Translations under genes and position numbers: made by a program
Source: Diadema antillarum
Lineage: Eukaryota
Assembly: GCF_040938485.1 (NCBI RefSeq)
Contig: NW_027271794.1
Location: 62,001-126,000, forward strand
Length of the DNA stretch: 64,000 nt
Reading direction: 5' to 3'
In this document: positions 23,465-35,232 of the stretch, in pieces
Layout of the letters: each line of letters begins with the position of its first letter
How positions within the stretch are numbered: the stretch's first letter is position 1
Notes under the pieces: generated by a model
Seen by the model: only the letters and a program-made list of their open reading frames with translations
What the model was told of the DNA's origin: nothing
Database searches by the model: none

Positions 23465-23637
23465 AGTATAGTTCTCGACCCTTTTTATCGGTTCTTTTTT
23501 CGCCGAAAAAAAAAGCATTAAGCCGAGTGACGGCGCGATCCCGAGAACTGCAGTTCTTGGGATCGCGCCATCACTCGGCTTTTAGGCGTATAGTCGGCGA
23601 AAAAACGGAATTGATAAAAAGGTACTATATATAGACT
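23465..23637. mobile_element. Palindromic MITE-like element (~173 bp); paralogous copy at ~49745-49922
   Basis: Core 23521-23580 is a 30-bp-arm palindrome with 2 mismatches, and the outer arms are also inverted. The direct repeat tgcgtcgtgt lies at 23455-23464 and 23640-23649. Confidence 0.7.
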
Positions 23638-23906
23638 CATGCGTCGTGTTGAAAAGGGGCTTCAGATTTTATACGCGAGACACAATACAGAAATAAAATG
23701 GCGCCCCATACGATCGGTGCATGAATTAACTCTCCACGTCGTGAATTGAGCGGACGTGAAAATCGCCCAGAATGTGTTAGTGAAAACTCAGACGATGCAA
23801 GCTATAAATAGATCGACTTTGATAAGCGACTTTGCGCATGCTCAGAAGTGTGTGGTTTTTTTTTTCCTCTGAACGTCCCCGTCGCGAAAATCTAAAGCTC
23901 CTTTGA

Positions 23907-25265
23907 GGTTTCGGTCACAACCCCCTAAATCAGCCTGCTCGGCGACCGGTCGGCAAGTTTTTGGCCAATTTCGGTCAGAGAACGACCTGTGATCGACCAG
24001 TGACCGACCAGGCACCACTGATTTTTAGGGCATCGGTCGGTCGCCGCTGAAGTTTTAACGCGGAGTCAAAATTCCATCGGCGACTGACCAGTTTTAACTC
24101 GCTGCCCAAAATACTCTCGGTGTCCGAGCGGCAACCCCTAAGGCACTATTAAAGCGGTCGCCGCCGAGCGATTTAGGGAACAAAAATAGTAGAGACAAAA
24201 ATGACAAAAGCACAGAAGAAAACAGAGGGAATAGATCGAGCGGTCGCTGTCGAGCGATTTAGGGACTAAAAATTATGAAGATAAAAATGACAGAAGCACT
24301 GCAGGAAACAAAGGACTAGATGGGGAAGAGAAGCCATGGCAATGTTGAAGAAGCAATGGGAGGGATAGAGGCAAGAAAATCCCACCAACACCTCAGCATC
24401 TCAACATCTCGGCAACCAATATGAGAGACATGGAAGACAGGGACAACCACTTTGGGACAAAAGAGATGAAAGCTAAATGTTATGTAAACCTATTGGTTTG
24501 GTTACCTTATCATTTATTAACGCCCATTGAATGAAGAAATCACGAATGACGAGAGATTGAATGAAGAAGTCATGAATGACTAGAGATGGGGAAATTAAAC
24601 TATGAAATTAGATAGGAATAAAAATATACTATTAAGTATAGAAGCAAACAAAGATATTTCGGAAAATTCTATTGTATTCTTATCTTTGTTCCATCTTGGG
24701 TTTCCCTCCCCTTTGTTTGATTTCCTAATTTCTAGTTATCTGTGGTTTCACATAACAGAGGTTTGGTAGTTGCCATAACTCTTAAATCATTAGCCTCGAG
24801 TTTTATCTTAATTGATTAATAGATCATCACATGACAAATCACATACATAAATAAACCCAGGGATAGCTCGTGAGAAATTTCCGGCAGAGACCGGCGGGCG
24901 GCCGCCGGTACGCCCAGGGGACACCGGTAGATGACCTATCGATCACCCGTCGGTCGAAGTGAGCGATTTCATGAAAATCGGCCGGTGGCCGGTGGGAGAT
25001 CGTCCAGTTGCCAATGGGGCATCGCTCTGTGACTGCTCAGTCTCTGCGCTGAGATGATCCCCATATTTCTCTTTTTTTTTTTTAAAACTTAAAATCGATC
25101 GGTGACCGACGGGAAATCAACAGGGCATCGTTCAGTCACCTCTTGGGTTTTACAGCCTGCTCGACATCTCCAAAAACTGCTGGGCGGTGCCAAAATTTCA
25201 GCGGCAACCGAGCAGGCTATACAAATCGGTCGGTCGCCGTTGCCCTCTGAGTCGTGACCGTGGCC
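23907..25265. mobile_element. PIF/Harbinger-like non-autonomous element (~1.36 kb); paralogous copy at 50182-51417
   Basis: Imperfect TIRs GGtttCGGTCACaAC / GTcGTGACCGtggCC, flanked by TGA/TAA; many internal cgaccg/cggtcg motifs; no transposase ORF. Confidence 0.55.
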
Positions 25266-25736
25266 TAATGTATCTGATGACACAACATCTTTACCACTAT
25301 AATGTTACATCTGAAATCATTATGTTCCAATGTCATAATAGGACCCACAGGCCCTTATCAAGAGCAGGGCTCACTGGAAGAACAGTGCTTAGACTGCAAG
25401 GGTTACCCTGTGAAAATAAGATCATAATTCATATCACACAATTATTTATCAGTATGCCATACATAAATAATATTTGATGGTCCGCATCATTTAACATTAT
25501 TCTTAGACAATAAACAAGGGGCGACTCCTTATAAACTTGTCAAACAATTACATTAACAACATTAGAAACTGACACACTATTCATCAGGCCTGACAATGGT
25601 GGATTTCACAGTGCATCATTTCGAAAGTAAAACTCACATATACTCATACATCTAGTGAACAGCACTCAACATTTTAAAGACCAGCGATTTGCCTATATTG
25701 ACATTATACACTGCGTATCAAAAAAAAAAAGAGGTT

Positions 25737-26548
25737 AATTACAATTTGGAGGGCTACTATTTCATAACTGCCAGCTATGGAGAGCGCAATGTTAGTAGTG
25801 AGGAAAGAACTCTTCCTCTTCCCGTTGATACCTAATCATTTTGGCAAATGTCATGCATGACTAAGCACATGAACTTGAAAGATAACAATGACAAATTACA
25901 CTTTTTCCAAGTTTGAGTGTCGCATGAAAGAACAATCTGAATGGATGAGATTTGACAATGAAAGTGGCCAAATAAATAAGCTAGCTTTTCATACACGACT
26001 GCAAGTTTGTGTTTAGGGTTTGTGTTGTAGTTAAACATTTTATGGTCCATAGCCTTTAACATGGCCACCTGTTCGATAACTTTGGTCACTCCCACAAAGT
26101 CCAACCCACACAGTTCATTTTCTCTATTCATATTTAACACAAAGCTCACAGCGACAAACCATGTCTTGAATATGGAGATAGAAAAATGGATAATGGGTTA
26201 ACCTTTGTGGGAGTGACCAAGTTATTTACAACGTGGGCATGTGGAAGGTTATGGACCATAAGAGGTTACAAAAAACCCTTAAAACACAAACGTGTAGTCA
26301 TGCTGGCTGGCCTGTTCTTTGACAACTTTCATCGAGAGATCTCATCCATTCAACAGTGTAGACACTCAACCTTGGAAAAGTGCAATTGTCATTGTTGTCA
26401 TCAAAGCTTATGTGCTCATTCATGCATGACATTTGTTGACATAATAAAGAATCAATGGAAAGAAGAATTTCCCTTAAATTCTTCACAACCAATATTGCCC
26501 TCTCTATTGTTTACAATTATGAAATAGCAGCCCTCCAAAGTTGGATTA
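25737..26548. mobile_element. Long-inverted-repeat (foldback-like) non-coding element, arms ~370 bp, spacer ~100 bp; paralogous copy at ~52808-53643
   Basis: tttggagggctactatttcataa is inverted to ttatgaaatagcagccctccaaa; aactttggtcactcccacaaag is inverted to ctttgtgggagtgaccaagtt. Confidence 0.75.
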
Positions 26549-27558
26549 CCTTTTTTTCTTTTCTCTTTTGAAACGCACTGTAAGTTAGGATGCTCTTATA
26601 TTTTTGTTTTGTGTGTGTGTGTGTGTTTTGGTTTTTTAAGGTGCCATATCATTCTGAATAGTATAATATATGACAAATGGAAGGTCGTATATTTTAAGAG
26701 TGTCAACAATGCTAAAACTGCTTTATTCTACCGGAAATACCAATTAACCAAACGCCCCTAACTGATATGTTACTGATGTGTTATTATGTTATGTTTAGTG
26801 TGTATACTTGTGTGTGAGTGTATGTGACAAATAATACGTTAAATAGTATACATTCTGTGAGACGAAACATTTATGTAAACCCATTTGAAATTGCAATCGC
26901 AGTGCCAGCGACAATATGGATCATGATTACAGTGACATCACATTCCAAAAGCATTTTTCTTTTACATGATATAGTTTACATCAAGCTATAGAAATTCAAT
27001 ATTGTAAGCAACGTACCTGAGGAGCAACAATTTCTGGTGAATCTCAGTATGATCTTCGAAATTTAAAGAAAAACAAACATAATTATGATGATAGGCTACA
27101 AAAGCAATTTACGTGTAATTTACACATAATACAACAAATCATTACAGTCATTTTGGTGTGGTGTAACTTCGCTGTTGCATGATATAGTATATAGGCCTAT
27201 TTTTACTTGAATGTACGAGTATTACAAAGGTTTCGAAAACTAGCAATAAATAATCACACATTATATTATTCAATGATAGCTGAAACCTGTTTTTACCATG
27301 TGAAAAAAAAGTCACAACTTAATATCAAAATATTTTAAGAGATCAAAGAAATCTGTATGGGGTCCTTAACAGAGCAAACAAACAAAAAATACAGAAGAAA
27401 GAAATGTAGACAGGCATATAGAAGAGAAGAGACATAACGGACCTTTTATAAGGGATCTTTTGATATTATTATTATATATATGGATGAAGAGCTTGCTTCC
27501 AAAAGGCGCTAAATCCATCATTTATCAATGGATTTAGTGCCTTTTGGTTGAAAGCTCG

Positions 27559-27599
<41 letters not shown>

Positions 27600-27784
27600 C
27601 ATATAAATTAGGAGAAGAAAAAGGAATTAAGTAATCACTTGCAATACTTGGAGAATGAATCGCCGAGAACCGACTCCATAACTAATTACCAGCAGTTTAT
27701 CTTCTTTCTTGATGACATATCATACAAATTCACATCCAAACAGTGTGTTTGAACAGAATAATGTCAATTTAAAAATGCCAGTGC

Positions 27785-27941
27785 CAGTGGCGGATCCAGA
27801 GGGGGCGCATCGGGCGCGCTTCCCCTTTTTTTATTTTATTGTTAAAACAAAAGTAATAAAAAGAAAGAAAGTGGGGTGCGTGCGCCCCCTTTAATTTTGT
27901 AAAGGCGCCTACCCCTTTATGGAATTCCCGGATCCGCCCTG
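27785..27941. mobile_element. hAT-like MITE (157 bp), present in block A only
   Basis: Termini CAGTGGCGGATCC...GGATCCGCCCTG with agtgc duplicated on both sides; empty site (gccagtgca) at ~54658 in block B. Confidence 0.7.
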
Positions 27942-28996
27942 AGTGCAGTTACTGAAAGAATATGTATATATTTACATTTTCATGATAATGTAGGCCTATA
28001 GATGAATGGAAAATGGAGAAATATCTGAAAATGAAAAATCATAAGGGACCTTTTCTGTGTGTGAAGGAGAAATATATATTTGATTCCATCAAAGTTTCGA
28101 CAGCTTTTTTTTTTCAACTAGTTACTGTCATCTGGACGCTTCCACATTTTCCCATAGTTGATAGGCCATGGAGGGTGTGCCTGTACCTCAAGGACTGTTT
28201 ACTTAACAAGGGAAGATTTACTGCGATTTAAAAAAAAAGTAATTTGGATGTGCCTCATACATTGTACTAGGAATTTAGGGAATGTAGGTTTATCAGATAA
28301 TTTTCCCCTGAAGAATTATATGTATTGATACAATTCAGAAACTATATTGAGCAGATTTGGATTTGAATTTTGACCTACTGTAATGATACCATAGAGATAA
28401 ATACCGAGTGTATTGTATTGGATTACACATTATACATGCATATTTTATGTAGAGGCCTACATATAATGTAAAGAATATGTAAACCAGATGAATGCTTGCC
28501 GAAAGGATTTAAACCAAAGAAAAAGAAAAATTAATAAAGATTAAACAACAATACATTCGTGACAAATGATTAGAGCTCGGATCAAGCGTTTAGAGTAGAC
28601 GTGAACACGGTACAAGACATTACTCCGTACGTGCCGTAATTTACCATAGAAGCGTTGACCGTTATCAACGTTTCAATGTTTTCCCTGGATTTTGAACTTT
28701 CAATGCTTGTTACTTGTAAACTTCAAAATACCGATAATCTATTAAGTTTGTAATATCTTATACAATATTTGACATGTCACGCATACACGATGACTGAGTG
28801 TTCAAGCTTGTAATCGATTATTGATGATGTAAGCGAAATATCATGATTTTTTTTAAAGTATCAGTGTGTTGAGTAGGTAATGGATTTCTATGCGCTTCTC
28901 TGACAAATCTTGTTCGTCGGTTTCCGAAAACAAGTGCTATAGGTTTGTGGATGTTGATCTAGTTGAGTTTTTTCACTTTAAATTGCATGCAAAGGT

Positions 28997-30726
28997 TCAA
29001 ATAATGGTAGAATAGATTGCTGTGTAAAAATCACTAGAAACGGTTGGTATAGTGTAATAGGTTCCTTCCTCCGAATTGTCCTCTTTCTTCTCTTCCTCCG
29101 AACTGTCATCTTTGTTCAAGACAAAGTAAAAGGTCTTTTCATCCTCTGCCTCCTTCTCACCTGTCGCCCCTTCCTGACTGTGCCTTTGACGGTATTCCTC
29201 CATTGACGCCTTTTGCATTAGGGTCATTCCAGAAGATTCACAAGATAATGCGCCTAAGCTTTTGGCCTGTCCAAGTTTATCGGTAACAGGTGAGAAAACA
29301 AGGTCTTTGGAAGCAGTACGGGTCTCTTCCCCGATCTCACAGTCATAGAAGGGATTATCGAATAAATGGTTACTAAGGGAATGTTCCTCATCGCCATCAG
29401 GGCCAATGTCGTTGCTGACTGACATCTCACGTGACTGATGAGCCGAGACACTGCTGGTGCAGTCCCGCGCATTTCTCAGAAAACTCAAACATCTCCAGCG
29501 ATGACGCTGTCGAAGATAGTATGGCTTTCGCCGGCGTGGACGAGCACATATCGCTATGGCAATGACCATCACTACACCAAGACCACCGCCTACTGAGATT
29601 GAGATGACGAGCACAAATTGTAAACTCACACCTTCTGAACTATCAGTGGACAGGACTTAGGTACTGCCTGACAAGATCTGCTGTGTGGAATTTCTTATTT
29701 GAGTATAAGTTGTCGTCACTGGATTGGTCTTTTCTCTTTCGTCTCTGAGGGCGCTTCCTTTTGCCGCGCCCACAGAGGTGGTCGATACTGCTGTAACGCT
29801 AGAGAATTGGTCCGGAGTATTTGTTCCTTCTCGTTGCGTGGTGGAATCCTCTGTGACCTTCGCAGGGACTGTCCTTGTAATCGCAGCTGTAGATTCACTA
29901 ACGAACTCTGTTGTCATTATTTTCAGAGGTATCATTCCATTGTTTGTTGCAGGGGGTGTTTCTAATTGATGAATGAATGAAGAAACTATCCTAACATCTT
30001 GTTGTGTGGTGGGATCCTCTGTGATCGTCGTGTTTGGTGTATTATTTCGGAGAGTATTACACTGAACAAATGACGTATCATTTGATGTTTGAAATTCTAT
30101 TTCACCTCCTCCATTCGTCTCAGACATATCTATTTGAAACAAATTAAGCCTCGCACTGTCTATATATCCTGTCGTATTATTGCCGCCGACACGAACAACC
30201 ACTTCTATGTCTGCGGAGCGTCTCTGCCAGCCGTCAAGTACACATGAGATGTAGTTATTATCAGCTGGTAACAAGCAGTAACACCCAATTATTTGGATAT
30301 CATACTGTTTTAGAACAGGGTATTCAAGCATTCCGCCATTATACTGAATCGTACTGCAAGTATACATTCCATAGTCAGCTCTGGCTGTATTGATGATATG
30401 AAGCTCAAAAGAACTCATGTCTTCTGAATAATTCTTCCGATACACATATGAAATCCGGATGTCATCAATTTTTTCTTGGGCTCTGCCAAGTCGCTGATTA
30501 AGAAATACTAAAGTAGTTGATGCATTGTCTTGATGTCTTATCCAATACATCAGTTCGTACCAGTGATTTGGAAAAAGACACAACAGAGTCATATTTGCTC
30601 CAACCCCGTAGTCTCTGGTAATGGAAACTTCCTGGCTTCTCACAGACGATATAAGTATCAATATGGGAATAACACGAAGCCATAGACCCGATAAAGAATT
30701 GAAATACACACACGAGAAGACGGCAT
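28997..30726 (-). pseudogene. Ig receptor paralog 2, disrupted by a 1-nt deletion in the leader and an in-frame TAA before the TM
   Basis: The distance from the conserved ATG (30726) to the end of the W codon is 47 nt, versus 48 nt in both other paralogs. TAA at 29657-29659 is followed by 219 open in-frame codons that include the TM and tail. Confidence 0.8.
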
Positions 30727-31714
30727 AGTCACTCCGGTTTTGATAGAGATCAAATATAGCCCGAGTATCCCTTGGTCAAGCATTTCGTGAAGGAACGAAT
30801 CAAGACAGTTTTAAAACGTTTTCCCCTCCTCAGTGGATGCAAAATGACAAATGTTTCGAGAAATATCAAAGAAGCATCATCACAATGTTCCAGTACATCT
30901 GATCACGCAGCGTACCTCCTCAAAATTACTGAAAACTGTCTCCTTCATGGCTGGCGATCATTATGATCCGTTCATGTCAACAATAGGCTAGGCATCATTT
31001 TTGCGTTTTACTTCAATAAATCAATGTCCTCGTGGCTAATGTCACTTTCACCTGACTTCTCAAAGTCATTGTCTGCCATGACAAACACAACTGACGACGG
31101 TGGGAGATTCGATTATAAAAATATATGAACTAACGGTTCCCCGAAGGATTCCTGGTATGAACGCCGAAGTAGAATCTGAACGTGCAAGTCTAAGCGTGAT
31201 GTTACACCTTTCGAGTAAACGGAGGAAGTGGCCGAAAATGATTTTGTCACTATACTGTCACACTGCTATTGCTGACAAGAGGTATACATTATTATTTCAG
31301 TTACAGGGAGAATGTGCTATTAGAAAATCTGAAGTAGAACTTAAAGGTATTCGGGTTTATTCGGGTCTGTTCTGTTCGATTTTTGCCTTGTGCCGCATCT
31401 TATGTGGACCCTGTGAAACTTCATGGAATCCATAAAAACAAACATAAGGTGGGAACGCATGGAATAGGAAGTGTCCACTTTATTTCTCCATCAGGGAGGT
31501 GGGAAGAATTCCCACCTCAATGATTTCTCATCACTGTTTTTCCACTTGTTTTATGAAAACAGAAATTAAAGGAGCTTAAGTTGAGAAAGTTATGACGCAT
31601 AACTGATTATTTCCTTTTATCTTGTTTATGTGCCTTTTCCTGCTGTGTTGGTTGTTGTCAATCAAATCAGTTAAGCCTCTCTGTTTGCGCACCAGTACCC
31701 TTTTCGTACCCTAA

Positions 31715-32238
31715 AGCCCTTTTTACACTTGTGTTTCTTAACCCCGGACTTTCTCTGACCCAGGACTATCGTTAGTCCCGTACCAATTTTTTCAGCTTTT
31801 TACACTGGCCAATTAGTCCCGTACTATCTCTTGTCCGGGGCTAAGGAGAAAACTGACCTTTTTACACTCGTATTTCTTAGCCCCGGACTTTCCAAACCAC
31901 ATGAATATTCATGATTACGCTGTGTACTGTACACGTACCCGCACGCACCGGCAGCACTTGATTACCTCGTTTCTGATTGGTCAGTGAGGGTCGGACTTCG
32001 TCTTCGTCGCTTAGCCCAGGATTTTTTTTTTTCGTTCTGTTTACACTCACTTGCTTGTCACCGCAATTGCGGTGCTAACCCTGCTATTTTGCAGGGCCAG
32101 ATAGTACCGGATTATCGATAGGGCTAGCCCACTTTGGCAAAAACGATTTTAAACAGAAAGTGGGCTAAGGATAGTCCCGCTCCTTAGCCCCACCGTTGGT
32201 ACGGGACTAAGCAAAAATTTACAAGTGTAAAAAGCCCT
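31715..32238. mobile_element. PIF/Harbinger (Tourist-like) MITE, 524 bp
   Basis: TIR AGCCCTTTTTACACTTGT / ACAAGTGTAAAAAGCCCT; TAA duplicated at 31712-31714 and 32239-32241; internal tttttacact and tagtcccg repeats. Confidence 0.8.
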
Positions 32239-32795
32239 TAAGACTTCGGAACGCTTGAACAGCTGGCTTGTTTTATTCATCTCAGTGCTATACTGGCTGG
32301 TAATTCTAATTCTAATTCTTCTTTGAATGTTAGTACTTGATGTTCACTCTTTAGGCTTCCCGTTTCTATTCCGAGGACTCGCATGTCGAGTTGTTCTTTT
32401 TTTTTCAGCATTATTCAAATCATATTATTACACTATAGTCAACGTTGCGAAATCAACTGTTCCTACATCTGCAGAATGTGGTTGTCTGTATATTACTATT
32501 TGTATTGAGAATATTCTGTTATTACCCAGGGTATTTTGGCCTTTCATTTTTGTTCTTCTTTATTTTGGTCCTACGTTGCATCCGTGCTCCTCATCTTTAC
32601 CTTACACTCTGTTCAGAATTGAAGAAAAAAAATTGAAGTTTGATGTCACATCGTCAAAATCGGTCAAAACCATCGGATTTCTATTTTTTGGCATAACTTC
32701 GTAGTCTAATGTTTTGTTTATCATCTGCCGAAATTTCGAAGCTTAACGAAAGGCAAGAAATCATCGTTTTTCTTGGCCTTGATTGTCCGACTTTC

Positions 32796-34378
32796 GGTTC
32801 GGTGTAAAAATGGCAGAGGTAAAAATGGCAGGGGTAAAAATGGCAGGGGTAAAAATGGCAGAGGTAAAAATGGCAGAGGTAAAAATGGCAGAGGTAAAAA
32901 TGGCAGAGGTAAAAATGGCAGGGGTAAAAATGGCAGGGGTAAAAATGGCAGAGGTAAAAATGGCAGAGGTAAAAATGGCAGAGGTAAAAACGGCAGAGGT
33001 AAAAATGGCAGGGGTAAAAATGGCAGAGGTAAAAACGGCAGAGGTAAAAATGGCAGAGGTAAAAATGGCAGCGGTAAAAATGGCAGAGGTAAAATTGTCA
33101 GTGGTCGAAATGTCAGTGGTCAAAATGCTAGAGATAAAAAATACCATTGATAAAAATCTAGTCGTTGAAATGCAAGAGGACGAGGTAAAAGTGACAGAGA
33201 TTTCTTTTTCTTCATGTTTCTGACACCTTTCTCGCAATACGCGCTTTTCGTGCCTTCTCCTGAAATAAAGCACGGGGGAGACCGGGGAGAAATATGGGAC
33301 ACTCATAACTTGAAAAATGCTCGGCCAGTCAACAATCCAATTATATCAGTAAAAAGATGAGCCTCGGTACACCTAAAAATGGACATATCAACCATTATAC
33401 AGCTCTACAGGTATCTTGTCAGTAAAATATCAAACTTACTTTAGATCTGGTAGGTCCTATACTTTGTTAATAAGTATTTTAAAAAGTGTGCAAACTTCTG
33501 AAAATAAAATTGCTTGATAACAGACATGCAGGTATGAAAAATTGGCAGGGATCTTTTACTGTTTCTGTTACCACTGGGAGAAATTTAAAAGGGCAGTGTT
33601 ACATTTCTCCCCGCGGCACATGTAAAGAGAGTCTTGCAGAGCTTCAGCGATCCCGGTGTAAATTGAATCGCGATCATAGGCGGTGATTTCAATCTACCTG
33701 GATGGGGTTGGATTGGATTTTCTTACTGTTGTTGTATAACGAGGGAACAACGTCATTTTCGGTGGCTGAATCTACCAATCTTTAGCAACACACCATGTTG
33801 ATAACATAATGGAATCTGACTTTGGAGCAACAGCTAAGTTTGAAAGGCATCAAACATTTACATTTTTTTTTCGCCTGCGGATTCATTCAACAATGATTGA
33901 AAGAAATCCCATGGCAAACTATCAGTTTTTACTCTCACTAGAACAGTTTATTGCTAAAGTTCGTCTCCAGTTTTAATAGGCATAAGTTTGAAAAGTGACT
34001 ACAAAGTGTTCATTAAACTTCGAGATATTTGTTTTTGCGTCGTGTGATACTTGAACAATGTGATAAAATATTTTGCAAGAGCTTATTTGTTTTTGCGCCA
34101 TGTGATACTTGAACAATGTAATAGAATATTTTGCAAGAGCTTGCTTATGTCTGCCGATACATCTGCTGTAGTTTATTTTTTGTGTTTTGTATTTTTACTT
34201 CTACATTATGTCGTGATCAGGCCTTGTGAGATAAATAGGCTCCTACGAAACCTGAATGTGAGAAAATGATATTGAACAGGTGAAAAATTAGCGGTTTGCT
34301 TCGACTATGTCTCCTTCACTTTTTTACACTAAACAGTTTAAAAAATGGACAGTAATGACAATATACTAGCCTGTGGGT

Positions 34379-34412
<34 letters not shown>

Positions 34413-35232
34413 TAACTTCATTGGGCGAAACAACGTAGGATTATACTGTTTAGGGGCTTTGCAGCATTGTTGGAACCCCCATATAATGATAAATAATCAT
34501 AATCATAATCATAATAATAATACTGAATAATGAAAATAATTTCCCATAGGCCTACTAGGCTCTTAGCTCGTTTATTATTTCTCTGCACACAGACAGATTA
34601 CGCCACTGCACTTGAATCAAACTCAGAATAATGAGAGTGCTCTAATCTTTTTAAAACATAATTAAATCAATATTCTTCAAATCTGCAATTTGGATTTGTT
34701 AATTCGAGAAATACAGTTTGCTCTGACTAGGATATTATTCAAGACCTCTTCATACGTTTATATCTGACGAAATGGTAACAGCTCGTTATTCCGAAGGTTC
34801 TTTATTCCGAAGGCTCTTTAGTCCGAAGATTTGTTATTCCGAAGGTTCATTGTTCCGAATTTCATTTTCGGATTAACGATTCTTCGGAATAACGAACCTT
34901 CGGAATAACGCCACAAATATTCGGATTAACGAACCCTTTTTCATTTTCGGATTAACGAACCTCTAGGTATAGGGAATTTGTGTGTTTCGGATTAACGACC
35001 CTTCGGAATAACGAACCTTCGGAATAGCGAACCTTCGGAATAACGAACAGCACCCGACGAAATCGCTCTCATTACTTCTGACATTTTACTTCTGCCATTT
35101 TTACCTCTGCCATTTTTACCTCTGCCGTTTTTACCTCTGCCATTTTTACCTCTGCCATTTTTACCTCTGCCATTTTTACCCCTGCCATTTTTACCCCTGC
35201 CATTTTTACCTCTGCCATTTTTACCTGGCACC
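32796..35232. mobile_element. TU/Foldback-like element with modular TIRs built from a 15-bp tandem unit (AAAAATGGCAGAGGT)
   Basis: About 21 units at 32805-33130 and about 10 inverted units at 35085-35226; 8-bp direct repeat cgactttc at 32788-32795 and 35233-35240; both ends start GGT. Confidence 0.82.
34774..35055. mobile_element. Small foldback-type element (282 bp) built from a 16-bp unit (GAACCTTCGGAATAAC), nested inside the TU-like element
   Basis: gttattccgaaggttc units on the left and inverted units on the right; 8-bp direct repeat gacgaaat at 34766-34773 and 35056-35063. Confidence 0.78.

Noticed and set aside
32761-33306. Repeat-protein ORFs (MAEVK)n, (KNGRG)n, (SAIFT)n
   Set aside because: All frames are open simply because the 15-bp unit lacks stops. 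The array is one arm of a foldback element with a TSD.
34774-35055. CRISPR-like regularly spaced short repeats
   Set aside because: The units are contiguous 16-mers without unique spacers, they switch orientation mid-array, the context is eukaryotic and there are no cas genes.
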